From the human T2T-CHM13v2.0 reference genome, Homo sapiens, in NCBI RefSeq assembly GCF_009914755.1, contig NC_060931.1: a DNA stretch of 64,000 bases, one strand, 5' to 3'. The stretch's first letter is position 1. The number at the start of each line of letters is the position of its first letter. Positions 42,001 to 54,800 of this stretch are shown piece after piece. The notes under the pieces were generated by a model. That model saw only the letters and a list, made by a program, of their open reading frames with translations. It was not told the DNA's origin and did no database searches. Position numbers and translations under genes: made by a program.

Positions 42001-42979
42001 TTCTCAGTAAATTGTGTTGTGTGCATTCAACTCACAGAGTGGAACGTCCCTTTAGACAGAGAAGTTTTGAAACACTCTTTTTGCGGAATTTGCAAGTGGA
42101 GATTTCTAGCCATTTGATGTCAACAGTAGAAAGGGAAATATCTTCAAATAAAAACCAGACAGAATCATTCTCAGAAAATTCTTTGTGATGTGTGCGTTCA
42201 ACTCACATAGTTTAACCTTTCTTTTCATGGAGCAGTTTGGAAACACTCTGTTTGTAAAGTCTGCAAGTGGATATATGGACCGCATTGAGGCCTTCGTTGG
42301 AAACGGGATTTCTTCATTTCATGCTAGACAGAAGAATTCTCAGTAACTTCTTTGTGCTGTGTGTATTCAACTCACAGAGTGGAACGTCCCTTTGCACAGA
42401 GCAGATTTGAAACACTCTTTTTGTGGAGTTTGCAAGTGGAGATTTCAAGCGATTTGATGCCAACAGTAGAAAAGGAAGTATCTTCAAATAAAAACTAGAC
42501 AGAATCATTCTCAGAAACTACTTTGTGATGTGTGCCTTCAACTCACAGAGTTTAACCTTTCTTTTCTGAGAGCAGCTTAGAAACACTCTGCTTGTTATGT
42601 CTGCAAGTTGATATTTGGACCTCTTTGAGGCCTTCGTTGCAAACGGGGTTTCTTCCTTTAATGCTAGACTAAGAAGAGTTCTCAGTAACTTTTTTGTGTT
42701 GTGTGTATTCAACTCACAGAGTTGAACCTTGCTTTAGAGAGAGCAGATTTGAAACACTCTTGCTGTGGCATTTTCAGGTGGAGATTTCAAGCGATTTGAG
42801 GACAATTGCAGAAAAGGAAATATCTTCGTATAATAACCAGACAGAATCATTCTCAGAAAGTGCTTTGTGATGTGTGCGTTCAACTCACAGAGTTTAACCT
42901 TTCTTTTCATAGAGGAGTTTGGAAACACACTGTTTGTAATGTCTGCAATTGGATTTATGGACCTGTTTGAGGCCTTCGT

Positions 42980-45900
42980 TGGAAACGGGATTTCTTCATT
43001 GAATGCTAGACGGAAGAATTCTCAGTAAATTCTTTGTGTTGTGTGCATTCAACTCACAGAGTGGAACGTCCCTTTAGACAGAGCAGATTTGAAACACTCT
43101 TTTTGCGGAATTTGCAAGTGGAGATTTCTAGCCATTTGATGCCAACAGTAGAAAGGGAAATATCTTCAAATAAAAACCAGACAGAATCATTCTCAGAAAA
43201 TTCTTTGTGATGTGTGCGTTCAACTCACATAGTTTAACCTTTCTTTTCATAGAGCAGTTTGGAAACACTCTGTTTGTAAAGTCTGCAAGTGGATATATGG
43301 ACCGCATTGAGGCCTTCGTTGGAAACGGGATTTCTTCATTTCATGCTAGACAGAAGAATTCTCAGTAACTTCTTTGTGCTGTGTGTATTCAACTCACAGA
43401 GTGGAACGTCCCTTTGCACAGAGCAGATTTGAAACACTCTTTTTGTGGAGTTTGCAAGTGGAGATTTCAAGCGATTTGATGCCAACAGTAGAAAAGGAAA
43501 TATCTTCAAATAAAAACTAGACAGAATCATTCTCAGAAACTACTTTGTGATGTGTGCCTTCAACTCACAGAGTTTAACTTTTCTTTTCTTAGAGCAGTTT
43601 AGAAACACTCTGCTTGTTATGTCTGCAAGTGGATATTTGGACCTCTTTGAGGCCTTCGTTGCAAACGGGGTTTCTTCCTTTAATGCTAGACTAAGAAGAG
43701 TTCTCAGTAACTTTTTTGTGTTGTGTGTATTCAACTCACAGAGTTGAACCTTGCTTTAGAGAGAGCAGATTTGAAACACTCTCGCTGTGGAATTTTCAGG
43801 TGGAGATTTCAAGCGATTTGAGGACAATTGCAGAAAAGGAAATATCTTCGTATAATAACCAGACAGAATCATTCTCAGAAAGTGCTTTGTGATGTGTGCG
43901 TTCAACTCACAGAGTTTAACCTTTCTTTTCATAGAGGAGCTTGGAAACACACTGTTTGTAAAGTCTGCAATTGGATATATGGACCTGTTTGAGACCTCCG
44001 TTGGAAACGGGATTTCTTCATTGAATGCTAGACGGAAGAATTCTCAGTAAATTCTTTGTGTTGTGTGCATTGAACTCACAGAGTGGAACGTCCCTTTAGA
44101 CAGAGCAGATTTGAAACACTCTTTTTGCGGAATTTGCAAGTGGAGATTTCTAGCCATTTGATGTCAACAGTAGAAATGGAAATATCTTCAAATAAAAACC
44201 AGACAGAATCATTCTCAGAAAATTCTTTGTGATGTGTGCGTTCAACTCACATAGTTTAACCTTTCTTTTCATAGAGCAGTTTGGAAACACTCTGTTTGTA
44301 AAGTCTGCAAGTGGGTATATGGACTGCATTGAGGCCTTCGTTGGAAACGGGATTTCTTCATTTCATGCTAGACAGAAGAATTCTCAGTAACTTCTTTGTG
44401 CTGTGTGTATTCAACTCACAGAGTGGAACGTCCCTTTGCACAGAGCAGATTTGAAACACTCTTTTTGTGGAGTTTGCAAGTGGAGATTTCAAGCGATTTG
44501 ATGCCAACAGTAGAAAAGGAAATATCTTCAAATAAAAACTAGACAGAATCATTCTCAGAAACTACTTTGTGATGTGTGCCTTCAACTCACAGAGTTTAAC
44601 CTTTCTTTTCTTAGAGCAGTTTAGAAACACTCTGCTTGTTATGTCTGCAAGTGGATATTTGGACCTCTTTGAGGCCTTCGTTGCAAACGGGGTTTCTTCC
44701 TTTCATGCTAGACTAAGAAGAGTTCTCAGTAACTTTTTTGTGTTGTGTGTATTCAACTCACAGAGTTGAACCTTGCTTTAGAGAGAGCAGATTTGAAACA
44801 CTCTTGCTGTGGAATTTTCAGGTGGAGATTTCAAGCGATTTGAGGACAATTGCAGAAAAGGAAATATCTTCGTATAATAACCAGACAGAATCATTCTCAG
44901 AAAGTGCGTTGTGATGTGTGCGTTCAACTCACAGAGTTTAACCTTTCTTTTCATAGAGGAGCTTGGAAACACACTGTTTGTAATGTCTGCAATTGGATAT
45001 ATGGACCTGTTTGAGGCCTCCGTTGGAAACGGGATTTCTTCATTGAATGCTAGACGGAAGAATTCTCAGTAAATTCTTTGTGTTGTGTGCATTGAACTCA
45101 CAGAGTGGAACGTCCCTTTAGACAGAGCAGATTTGAAACACTCTTTTTGCGGAATTTACAGGTGGAGATTTCTAGCCATTTGATGTCAACACTAGAAAGG
45201 GAAATATCTTCAAATAAAAACCAGACAGAATCATTCTCAGAAAATTCTTTGTGATGTGTGCGTTCAACTCACATAGTTTAACCTTTCTTTTCATAGAGCA
45301 GTTTGGAAACACTCTGTTTGTAAAGTCTGCAAGTGGATATATGGACCGCATTGAGGCCTTCGTTGGAAACGGGATTTCTTCATTTCATGCTAGACAGAAG
45401 AATTCTCAGTAACTTCTTTGTGCTGTGTGTATTCAACTCACAGAGTGGAACGTCCCTTTGCACAGAGCAGATTTGAAACACTCTTTTTGTGGAGTTTGCA
45501 AGTGGAGATTTCAAGCGATTTTATGCCAACAGTAGAAAAGGAAATATCTTCAAATAAAAACTAGACAGAATCATTCTCAGAAACTACTTTGTGATGTGTG
45601 CCTTCAACTCACAGAGTTTAACCTTTCTTTTCTTAGAGCAGCTTAGAAACACTCTGCTTGTTATGTCTGCAAGTGGATATTTGGACCTCTTTGAGGCCTT
45701 TGTTGCAAACGGGGTTTCTTCCTTTAATGCTAGACTAAGAAGAGTTCTCAGTAACCTTTTTGTGTTGTGTGTATTCAACTCACAGAGTTGAACCTTGCTT
45801 TAGAGAGAGCAGATTTGAAACACTCTCGCTGTGGAATTTTCAGGTGGAGATTTCAAGCGATTTGAGGACAATTGCAGAAAAGGAAATATCTTCGTATAAT

Positions 45901-48900
45901 AACCAGACAGAATCATTCTCAGAAAGTGCTTTGTGATGTGTGCGTTCAACTCACAGAGTTTAACCTTTCTTTTCATAGAGGAGTTTGGAAACACACTGTT
46001 TGTAAAGTCTGCAATTGGATATATGGACCTGTTTGAGGCCTTCGTTGGAAACGGGATTTCTTCATTGAATGCTAGACGGAAGGATTCTCAGTAAATTCTT
46101 TGTGTTGTGTGCATTCAACTCACAGAGTGGAACGTCCTTTAGACAGAGCAGATTTGAAACAATCTTTTTGCGGAATTTGCAAGTGGAGATTTCTAGCCAT
46201 TTGATGCCAACAGTAGAAAGGGAAATATCTTCAAATAAAAACCAGACAGAATCATTCTCAGAAAATTCTTTGTGATGTGTGCGTTCAACTCACATAGTTT
46301 AACCTTTCTTTTCATAGAGCAGTTTGGAAACACTCTGTTTGTAAAGTCTGCAAGTGGATATATGGACCGCATTGAGGCCTTCGTTGGAAACGGGATTTCT
46401 TCATTTCATGCTAGACAGAAGAATTCTCAGTGACTTCTTTGTGCTGTGTGTATTCAACTCACAGAGTGGAACGTCCCTTTGCACAGAGCAGATTTGAAAC
46501 ACTCTTTTTGTGGAGTTTGCAAGTGGAGATTTCAAGCGATTTGATGCCAACAGTAGAAAAGGAAATATCTTCAAATAAAAACTAGACAGAATCATTCTCA
46601 GAAACTACTTTGTGATGTGTGCCTTCAACTCACAGAGTTTAACCTTTCTTTTCTTAGAGCAGTTTAGAAACACTCTGCTTGTTATGTCTGCAAGTGGATA
46701 TTTGGACCTCTTTGAGGCCTTCGTTGCAAACGGGGTTTCTTCCTTTCATGCTAGACTAAGAAGAGTTCTCAGTAACTTTTTTGTGTTGTGTGTATTCAAC
46801 TCACAGAGTTGAACCTTGCTTTAGAGAGAGCAGATTTGAAACACTCTTGCTGTGGCATTTTCAGGTGGAGATTTCAAGCGATTTGAGGACAATTGCAGAA
46901 AAGGAAATATCTTCGTATAATAACCAGACAGAATCATTCTCAGAAAGTGCTTTGTGATGTGTGCGTTCAACTCACAGAGTTTAACCTTTCTTTTCATAGA
47001 GGAGTTTGGAAACACACTGTTTGTAAAGTCTGCAATTGGATATATGGACCTGTTTGAGGCCTCCGTTGGAAACGGGATTTCTTCATTGAATGCTAGACGG
47101 AAGAATTCTCAGTAAATTCTTTGTGTTGTGTGCATTCAACTCAGAGAGTGGAACGTCCCTTTAGACAGAGCAGATTTGAAACACTCTTTTTGCGGAATTT
47201 GCAAGTGGAGATTTCTAGCCATTTGATGCCAACAGTAGAAAGGGAAATATCTTCAAATAAAAACCAGACAGAATCATTCTCAGAAAATTCTTTGTGATGT
47301 GTGCGTTCAACTCACATAGTTTAACCTTTCTTTTCATAGAGCAGTTTGGAAACACTCTGTTTGTAAAGTCTGCAAGTGGATATATGGACCGCATTGAGGC
47401 CTTCGTTGGAAACGGGATTTCTTCATTTCATGCTAGACAGAAGAATTCTCAGTAACTTCTTTGTGCTGTGTGTATTCAACTCACAGAGTGGAACGTCCCT
47501 TTGCACAGAGCAGATTTGAAACACTCTTTTTGTGGAGTTTGCAAGTGGAGATTTCAAGCGATTTGATGCCAACAGTAGAAAAGGAAATATCTTCAAATAA
47601 AAACTAGACAGAATCATTCTCAGAAACTACTTTGTGATGTGTGCCTTCAACTCACAGAGTTTAACCTTTCTTTTCTTAGAGCAGTTTAGAAACACTCTGC
47701 TTGTTATGTCTGCAAGTGGATATTTGGACCTCTTTGAGGCCTTCGTTGCAAACGGGGTTTCTTCCTTTAATGCTAGACTAAGAAGAGTTCTCAGTAACTT
47801 TTTTGTGTTGTGTGTATTCAACTCACAGAGTTGAACCTTGCTTTAGAGAGAGCAGATTTGAAACACTCTCGCTGTGGAATTTTCAGGTGGAGATTTCAAG
47901 CGATTTGAGGACAATTGCAGAAAAGGAAATATCTTCGTATAATAACCAGACAGAATCATTCTCAGAAAGTGCTTTGTGATGTGTGCGTTCAACTCACAGA
48001 GTTTAACCTTTCTTTTCATAGAGGAGCTTGGAAACACACTGTTTGTAAAGTCTGCAATTGGATATATGGACCTGTTTGAGACCTCCGTTGGAAACGGGAT
48101 TTCTTCATTGAATGCTAGACGGAAGAATTCTCAGTAAATTCTTTGTGTTGTGTGCATTGAACTCACAGAGTGGAACGTCCCTTTAGACAGAGCAGATTTG
48201 AAACACTCTTTTTGCGGAATTTGCAAGTGGAGATTTCTAGCCATTTGATGTCAACAGTAGAAATGGAAATATCTTCAAATAAAAACCAGACAGAATCATT
48301 CTCAGAAAATTCTTTGTGATGTGTGCGTTCAACTCACATAGTTTAACCTTTCTTTTCATAGAGCAGTTTGGAAACACTCTGTTTGTAAAGTCTGCAAGTG
48401 GGTATATGGACTGCATTGAGGCCTTCGTTGGAAACGGGATTTCTTCATTTCATGCTAGACAGAAGAATTCTCAGTAACTTCTTTGTGCTGTGTGTATTCA
48501 ACTCACAGAGTGGAACGTCCCTTTGCACAGAGCAGATTTGAAACACTCTTTTTGTGGAGTTTGCAAGTGGAGATTTCAAGCGATTTGATGCCAACAGTAG
48601 AAAAGGAAATATCTTCAAATAAAAACTAGACAGAATCATTCTCAGAAACTACTTTGTGATGTGTGCCTTCAACTCACAGAGTTTAACCTTTCTTTTCTTA
48701 GAGCAGTTTAGAAACACTCTGCTTGTTATGTCTGCAAGTGGATATTTGGACCTCTTTGAGGCCTTCGTTGCAAACGGGGTTTCTTCCTTTCATGCTAGAC
48801 TAAGAAGAGTTCTCAGTAACTTTTTTGTGTTGTGTGTATTCAACTCACAGAGTTGAACCTTGCTTTAGAGAGAGCAGATTTGAAACACTCTTGCTGTGGA

Positions 48901-51850
48901 ATTTTCAGGTGGAGATTTCAAGCGATTTGAGGACAATTGCAGAAAAGGAAATATCTTCGTATAATAACCAGACAGAATCATTCTCAGAAAGTGCGTTGTG
49001 ATGTGTGCGTTCAACTCACAGAGTTTAACCTTTCTTTTCATAGAGGAGCTTGGAAACACACTGTTTGTAATGTCTGCAATTGGATATATGGACCTGTTTG
49101 AGGCCTCCGTTGGAAACGGGATTTCTTCATTGAATGCTAGACGGAAGAATTCTCAGTAAATTCTTTGTGTTGTGTGCATTGAACTCACAGAGTGGAACGT
49201 CCCTTTAGACAGAGCAGATTTGAAACACTCTTTTTGCGGAATTTACAGGTGGAGATTTCTAGCCATTTGATGTCAACAGTAGAAAGGGAAATATCTTCAA
49301 ATAAAAACCAGACAGAATCATTCTCAGAAAATTCTTTGTGATGTGTGCGTTCAACTCACATAGTTTAACCTTTCTTTTCATAGAGCAGTTTGGAAACACT
49401 CTGTTTGTAAAGTCTGCAAGTGGATATATGGACCGCATTGAGGCCTTCGTTGGAAACGGGATTTCTTCATTTCATGCTAGACAGAAGAATTCTCAGTAAC
49501 TTCTTTGTGCTGTGTGTATTCAACTCACAGAGTGGAACGTCCCTTTGCACAGAGCAGATTTGAAACACTCTTTTTGTGGAGTTTGCAAGTGGAGATTTCA
49601 AGCGATTTTATGCCAACAGTAGAAAAGGAAATATCTTCAAATAAAAACTAGACAGAATCATTCTCAGAAACTACTTTGTGATGTGTGCCTTCAACTCACA
49701 GAGTTTAACCTTTCTTTTCTTAGAGCAGCTTAGAAACACTCTGCTTGTTATGTCTGCAAGTGGATATTTGGACCTCTTTGAGGCCTTTGTTGCAAACGGG
49801 GTTTCTTCCTTTAATGCTAGACTAAGAAGAGTTCTCAGTAACCTTTTTGTGTTGTGTGTATTCAACTCACAGAGTTGAACCTTGCTTTAGAGAGAGCAGA
49901 TTTGAAACACTCTCGCTGTGGAATTTTCAGGTGGAGATTTCAAGCGATTTGAGGACAATTGCAGAAAAGGAAATATCTTCGTATAATAACCAGACAGAAT
50001 CATTCTCAGAAAGTGCTTTGTGATGTGTGCGTTCAACTCACAGAGTTTAACCTTTCTTTTCATAGAGGAGTTTGGAAACACACTGTTTGTAAAGTCTGCA
50101 ATTGGATATATGGACCTGTTTGAGGCCTTCGTTGGAAACGGGATTTCTTCATTGAATGCTAGACGGAAGGATTCTCAGTAAATTCTTTGTGTTGTGTGCA
50201 TTCAACTCACAGAGTGGAACGTCCTTTAGACAGAGCAGATTTGAAACAATCTTTTTGCGGAATTTGCAAGTGGAGATTTCTAGCCATTTGATGCCAACAG
50301 TAGAAAGGGAAATATCTTCAAATAAAAACCAGACAGAATCATTCTCAGAAAATTCTTTGTGATGTGTGCGTTCAACTCACATAGTTTAACCTTTCTTTTC
50401 ATAGAGCAGTTTGGAAACACTCTGTTTGTAAAGTCTGCAAGTGGATATATGGACCGCATTGAGGCCTTCGTTGGAAACGGGATTTCTTCATTTCATGCTA
50501 GACAGAAGAATTCTCAGTGACTTCTTTGTGCTGTGTGTATTCAACTCACAGAGTGGAACGTCCCTTTGCACAGAGCAGATTTGAAACACTCTTTTTGTGG
50601 AGTTTGCAAGTGGAGATTTCAAGCGATTTGATGCCAACAGTAGAAAAGGAAATATCTTCAAATAAAAACTAGACAGAATCATTCTCAGAAACTACTTTGT
50701 GATGTGTGCCTTCAACTCACAGAGTTTAACCTTTCTTTTCTTAGAGCAGTTTAGAAACACTCTGCTTGTTATGTCTGCAAGTGGATATTTGGACCTCTTT
50801 GAGGCCTTCGTTGCAAACGGGGTTTCTTCCTTTCATGCTAGACTAAGAAGAGTTCTCAGTAACTTTTTTGTGTTGTGTGTATTCAACTCACAGAGTTGAA
50901 CCTTGCTTTAGAGAGAGCAGATTTGAAACACTCTTGCTGTGGCATTTTCAGGTGGAGATTTCAAGCGATTTGAGGACAATTGCAGAAAAGGAAATATCTT
51001 CGTATAATAACCAGACAGAATCATTCTCAGAAAGTGCTTTGTGATGTGTGCGTTCAACTCACAGAGTTTAACCTTTCTTTTCATAGAGGAGTTTGGAAAC
51101 ACACTGTTTGTAAAGTCTGCAATTGGATATATGGACCTGTTTGAGGCCTCCGTTGGAAACGGGATTTCTTCATTGAATGCTAGACGGAAGAATTCTCAGT
51201 AAATTCTTTGTGTTGTGTGCATTCAACTCACAGAGTGGAACGTCCCTTTAGACAGAGCAGATTTGAAACACTCTTTTTGCGGAATTTGCAAGTGGAGATT
51301 TCTAGCCATTTGATGCCAACAGTAGAAAGGGAAATATCTTCAAATAAAAACCAGACAGAATCATTCTCAGAAAATTCTTTGTGATGTGTGCGTTCAACTC
51401 ACATAGTTTAACCTTTCTTTTCATAGAGCAGTTTGGAAACACTCTGTTTGTAAAGTCTGCAAGTGGATATATGGACCGCATTGAGGCCTTCGTTGGAAAC
51501 GGGATTTCTTCATTTCATGCTAGACAGAAGAATTCTCAGTAACTTCTTTGTGCTGTGTGTATTCAACTCACAGAGTGGAACGTCCCTTTGCACAGAGCAG
51601 ATTTGAAACACTCTTTTTGTGGAGTTTGCAAGTGGAGATTTCAAGCGATTTGATGCCAACAGTAGAAAAGGAAATATCTTCAAATAAAAACTAGACAGAA
51701 TCATTCTCAGAAACTACTTTGTGATGTGTGCCTTCAACTCACAGAGTTTAACCTTTCTTTTCTTACAGCAGTTTAGAAACACTCTGCTTGTTATGTCTGC
51801 AAGTGGATATTTGGACCTCTTTGAGGCCTTCGTTGCAAACGGGGTTTCTT
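42980..51850 (+). repeat. Tandem duplication with 4087-bp period (four HORs); ends approximate
   Basis: More than ten rare variants recur at +4087, e.g. GAGACCTCCG 43994/48081, GTGGGTATATGGACTGC 44315/48402, AAAGTGCGTT 44908/48995, CAGTGACTTC 46432/50519. Confidence 0.93.
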
Positions 51851-54800
51851 CCTTTCATGCTAGACTAAGAAGAGTTCTCAGTAACTTTTTTGTGTTGTGT
51901 GTATTCAACTCACAGAGTTGAACCTTGCTTTAGAGAGAGCAGATTTGAAACACTCTTGCTGTGGCATTTTCAGGTGGAGATTTCAAGCGATTTGAGGACA
52001 ATTGCAGAAAAGGAAATATCTTCGTATAATAACCAGACAGAATCATTCTCAGAAAGTGCTTTGTGATGTGTGCGTTCAACTCACAGAGTTTAACCTTTCT
52101 TTTCATAGAGGAGTTTGGAAACACACTGTTTGTAAAGTCTGCAATTGGATATATGGACCTGTTTGAGGCCTCCGTTGGAAACGGGATTTCTTCATTGAAT
52201 GCTAGACGGAAGAATTCTCAGTAAATTCTTTGTGTTGTGTGCATTCAACTCACAGAGTGGAACGTCCCTTTAGACAGAGCAGATTTGAAACACTCTTTTT
52301 GCGGAATTTGCAAGTGGAGATTTCTAGCCATTTGATGCCAACAGTAGAAAGGGAAATATCTTCAAATAAAAACCAGACAGAATCATTCTCAGAAAATTCT
52401 TTGTGATGGGTGCGTTCAACTCACATAGTTTAACCTTTCTTTTCATAGAGCAGTTTGGAAACACTCTGTTTGTAAAGTCTGCAAGTGGATATATGGACCG
52501 CATTGAGGCCTTCGTTGGAAACGGGATTTCTTCATTTCATGCTAGACAGAAGAATTCTCAGTAACTTCTTTGTGCTGTGTGTATTCAACTCACAGAGTGG
52601 AACGTCCCTTTACACAGAGCAGATTTGAAACACTCTTTTTGTGGAGTTTGCAAGTGGAGATTTCAAGCGATTTGATGCCAACAGTAGAAAAGGAAATATC
52701 TTCAAATAAAAACTAGACAGAATCATTCTCAGAAACTACTTTGTGATGTGTGCCTTCAACTCACAGAGTTTAACCTTTCTTTTCTTAGAGCAGTTTAGAA
52801 ACACTCTGCTTGTTATGTCTGCAAGTGGATATTTGGACCTCTTTGAGGCCTTCGTTGCAAACGGGGTTTCTTCCTTTAATGCTAGACTAAGAAGAGTTCT
52901 CAGTAACTTTTTGGTGTTGTGTGTATTCAACTCACAGAGTTGAACCTTGCTTTAGAGAGAGCAGATTTGAAACACTCTCGCTGTGGAATTTTCAGGTGGA
53001 GATTTCAAGCGATTTGAGGACAATTGCAGAAAAGGAAATATCTTCGTATAATAACCAGACAGAATCATTCTCAGAAAGTGCTTTGTGATGTGTGCGTTCA
53101 ACTCACAGAGTTTAACCTTTCTTTTCATAGAGGAGTTTGGAAACACACTGTTTGTAAAGTCTGCAAGTGGATATATGGACCTGTTTGAGGCCTTCGTTGG
53201 AAACGGGATTTCTTCATTGAATGCTAGACGGAAGAATTCTCAGTAAATTCTTTGTGTTGTGTGCATTCAACTCACAGAGTGGAACGTCCCTTTAGACAGA
53301 GCAGATTTGAAACACTCTTTTTGCGGAATTTGCAAGTGGAGATTTCTAGCCATTTGATGCCAACAGTAGAAAGGGAAATATCTTCAAATAAAAACCAGAC
53401 AGAATCATTCTCAGAAAATTCTTTGTGATGTGTGCGTTCAACTCACATAGTTTAACCTTTCTTTTCATAGAGCAGTTTGGAAACACTCTGTTTGTAAAGT
53501 CTGCAAGTGGATATATGGACCGCATTGAGGCCTTCGTTGGAAACGGGATTTCTTCATTTCATGCTAGACAGAAGAATTCTCAGTAACTTCTTTGTGCTGT
53601 GTGTATTCAACTCACAGAGTGGAACGTCCCTTTGCACAGAGCAGATTTGAAACACTCTTTTTGTGGAGTTTGCAAGTGGAGATTTCAAGCGATTTGATGC
53701 CAACAGTAGAAAAGGAAATATCTTCAAATAAAAACTAGACAGAATCATTCTCAGAAACTACTTTGTGATGTGTGCCTTCAACTCACAGAGTTTAACCTTT
53801 CTTTTCTTAGAGCAGTTTAGAAACACTCTGCTTGTTATGTCTGCAAGTGGATATTTGGACCTCTTTGAGGCCTTCGTTGCAAACGGGGTTTCTTCCTTTC
53901 ATGCTAGACTAAGAAGAGTTCTCAGTAACTTTTTTGTGTTGTGTGTATTCAACTCACAGAGTTGAACCTTGCTTTAGAGAGAGCAGATTTGAAACACTCT
54001 TGCTGTGGCATTTTCAGGTGGAGATTTCAAGCGATTTGAGGACAATTGCAGAAAAGGAAATATCTTCGTATAATAACCAGACAGAATCATTCTCAGAAAG
54101 TGCTTTGTGATGTGTGCGTTCAACTCACAGAGTTTAACCTTTCTTTTCATAGAGGAGTTTGGAAACACACTGTTTGTAAAGTCTGCAAGTGGATATATGG
54201 ACCTGTTTGAGGCCTTCGTTGGAAACGGGATTTCTTCATTGAATGCTAGACGGAAGAATTCTCAGTAAATTCTTTGTGTTGTGTGCATTCAACTCACAGA
54301 GTGGAACGTCCCTTTAGACAGAGCAGATTTGAAACACTCTTTTTGCGGAATTTGCAAGTGGAGATTTCTAGCCATTTGATGCCAACAGTAGAAAGGGAAA
54401 TATCTTCAAATAAAAACCAGACAGAATCATTCTCAGAAAATTCTTTGTGATGGGTGCGTTCAACTCACATAGTTTAACCTTTCTTTTCATAGAGCAGTTT
54501 GGAAACACTCTGTTTGTAAAGTCTGCAAGTGGATATATGGACCGCATTGAGGCCTTCGTTGGAAACGGGATTTCTTCATTTCATGCTAGACAGAAGAATT
54601 CTCAGTAACTTCTTTGTGCTGTGTGTATTCAACTCACAGAGTGGAACGTCCCTTTGCACAGAGCAGATTTGAAACACTCTTTTTGTGGAGTTTGCAAGTG
54701 GAGATTTCAAGCGATTTGATGCCAACAGTAGAAAAGGAAATATCTTCAAATAAAAACTAGACAGAATCATTCTCAGAAACTACTTTGTGATGTGTGCCTT

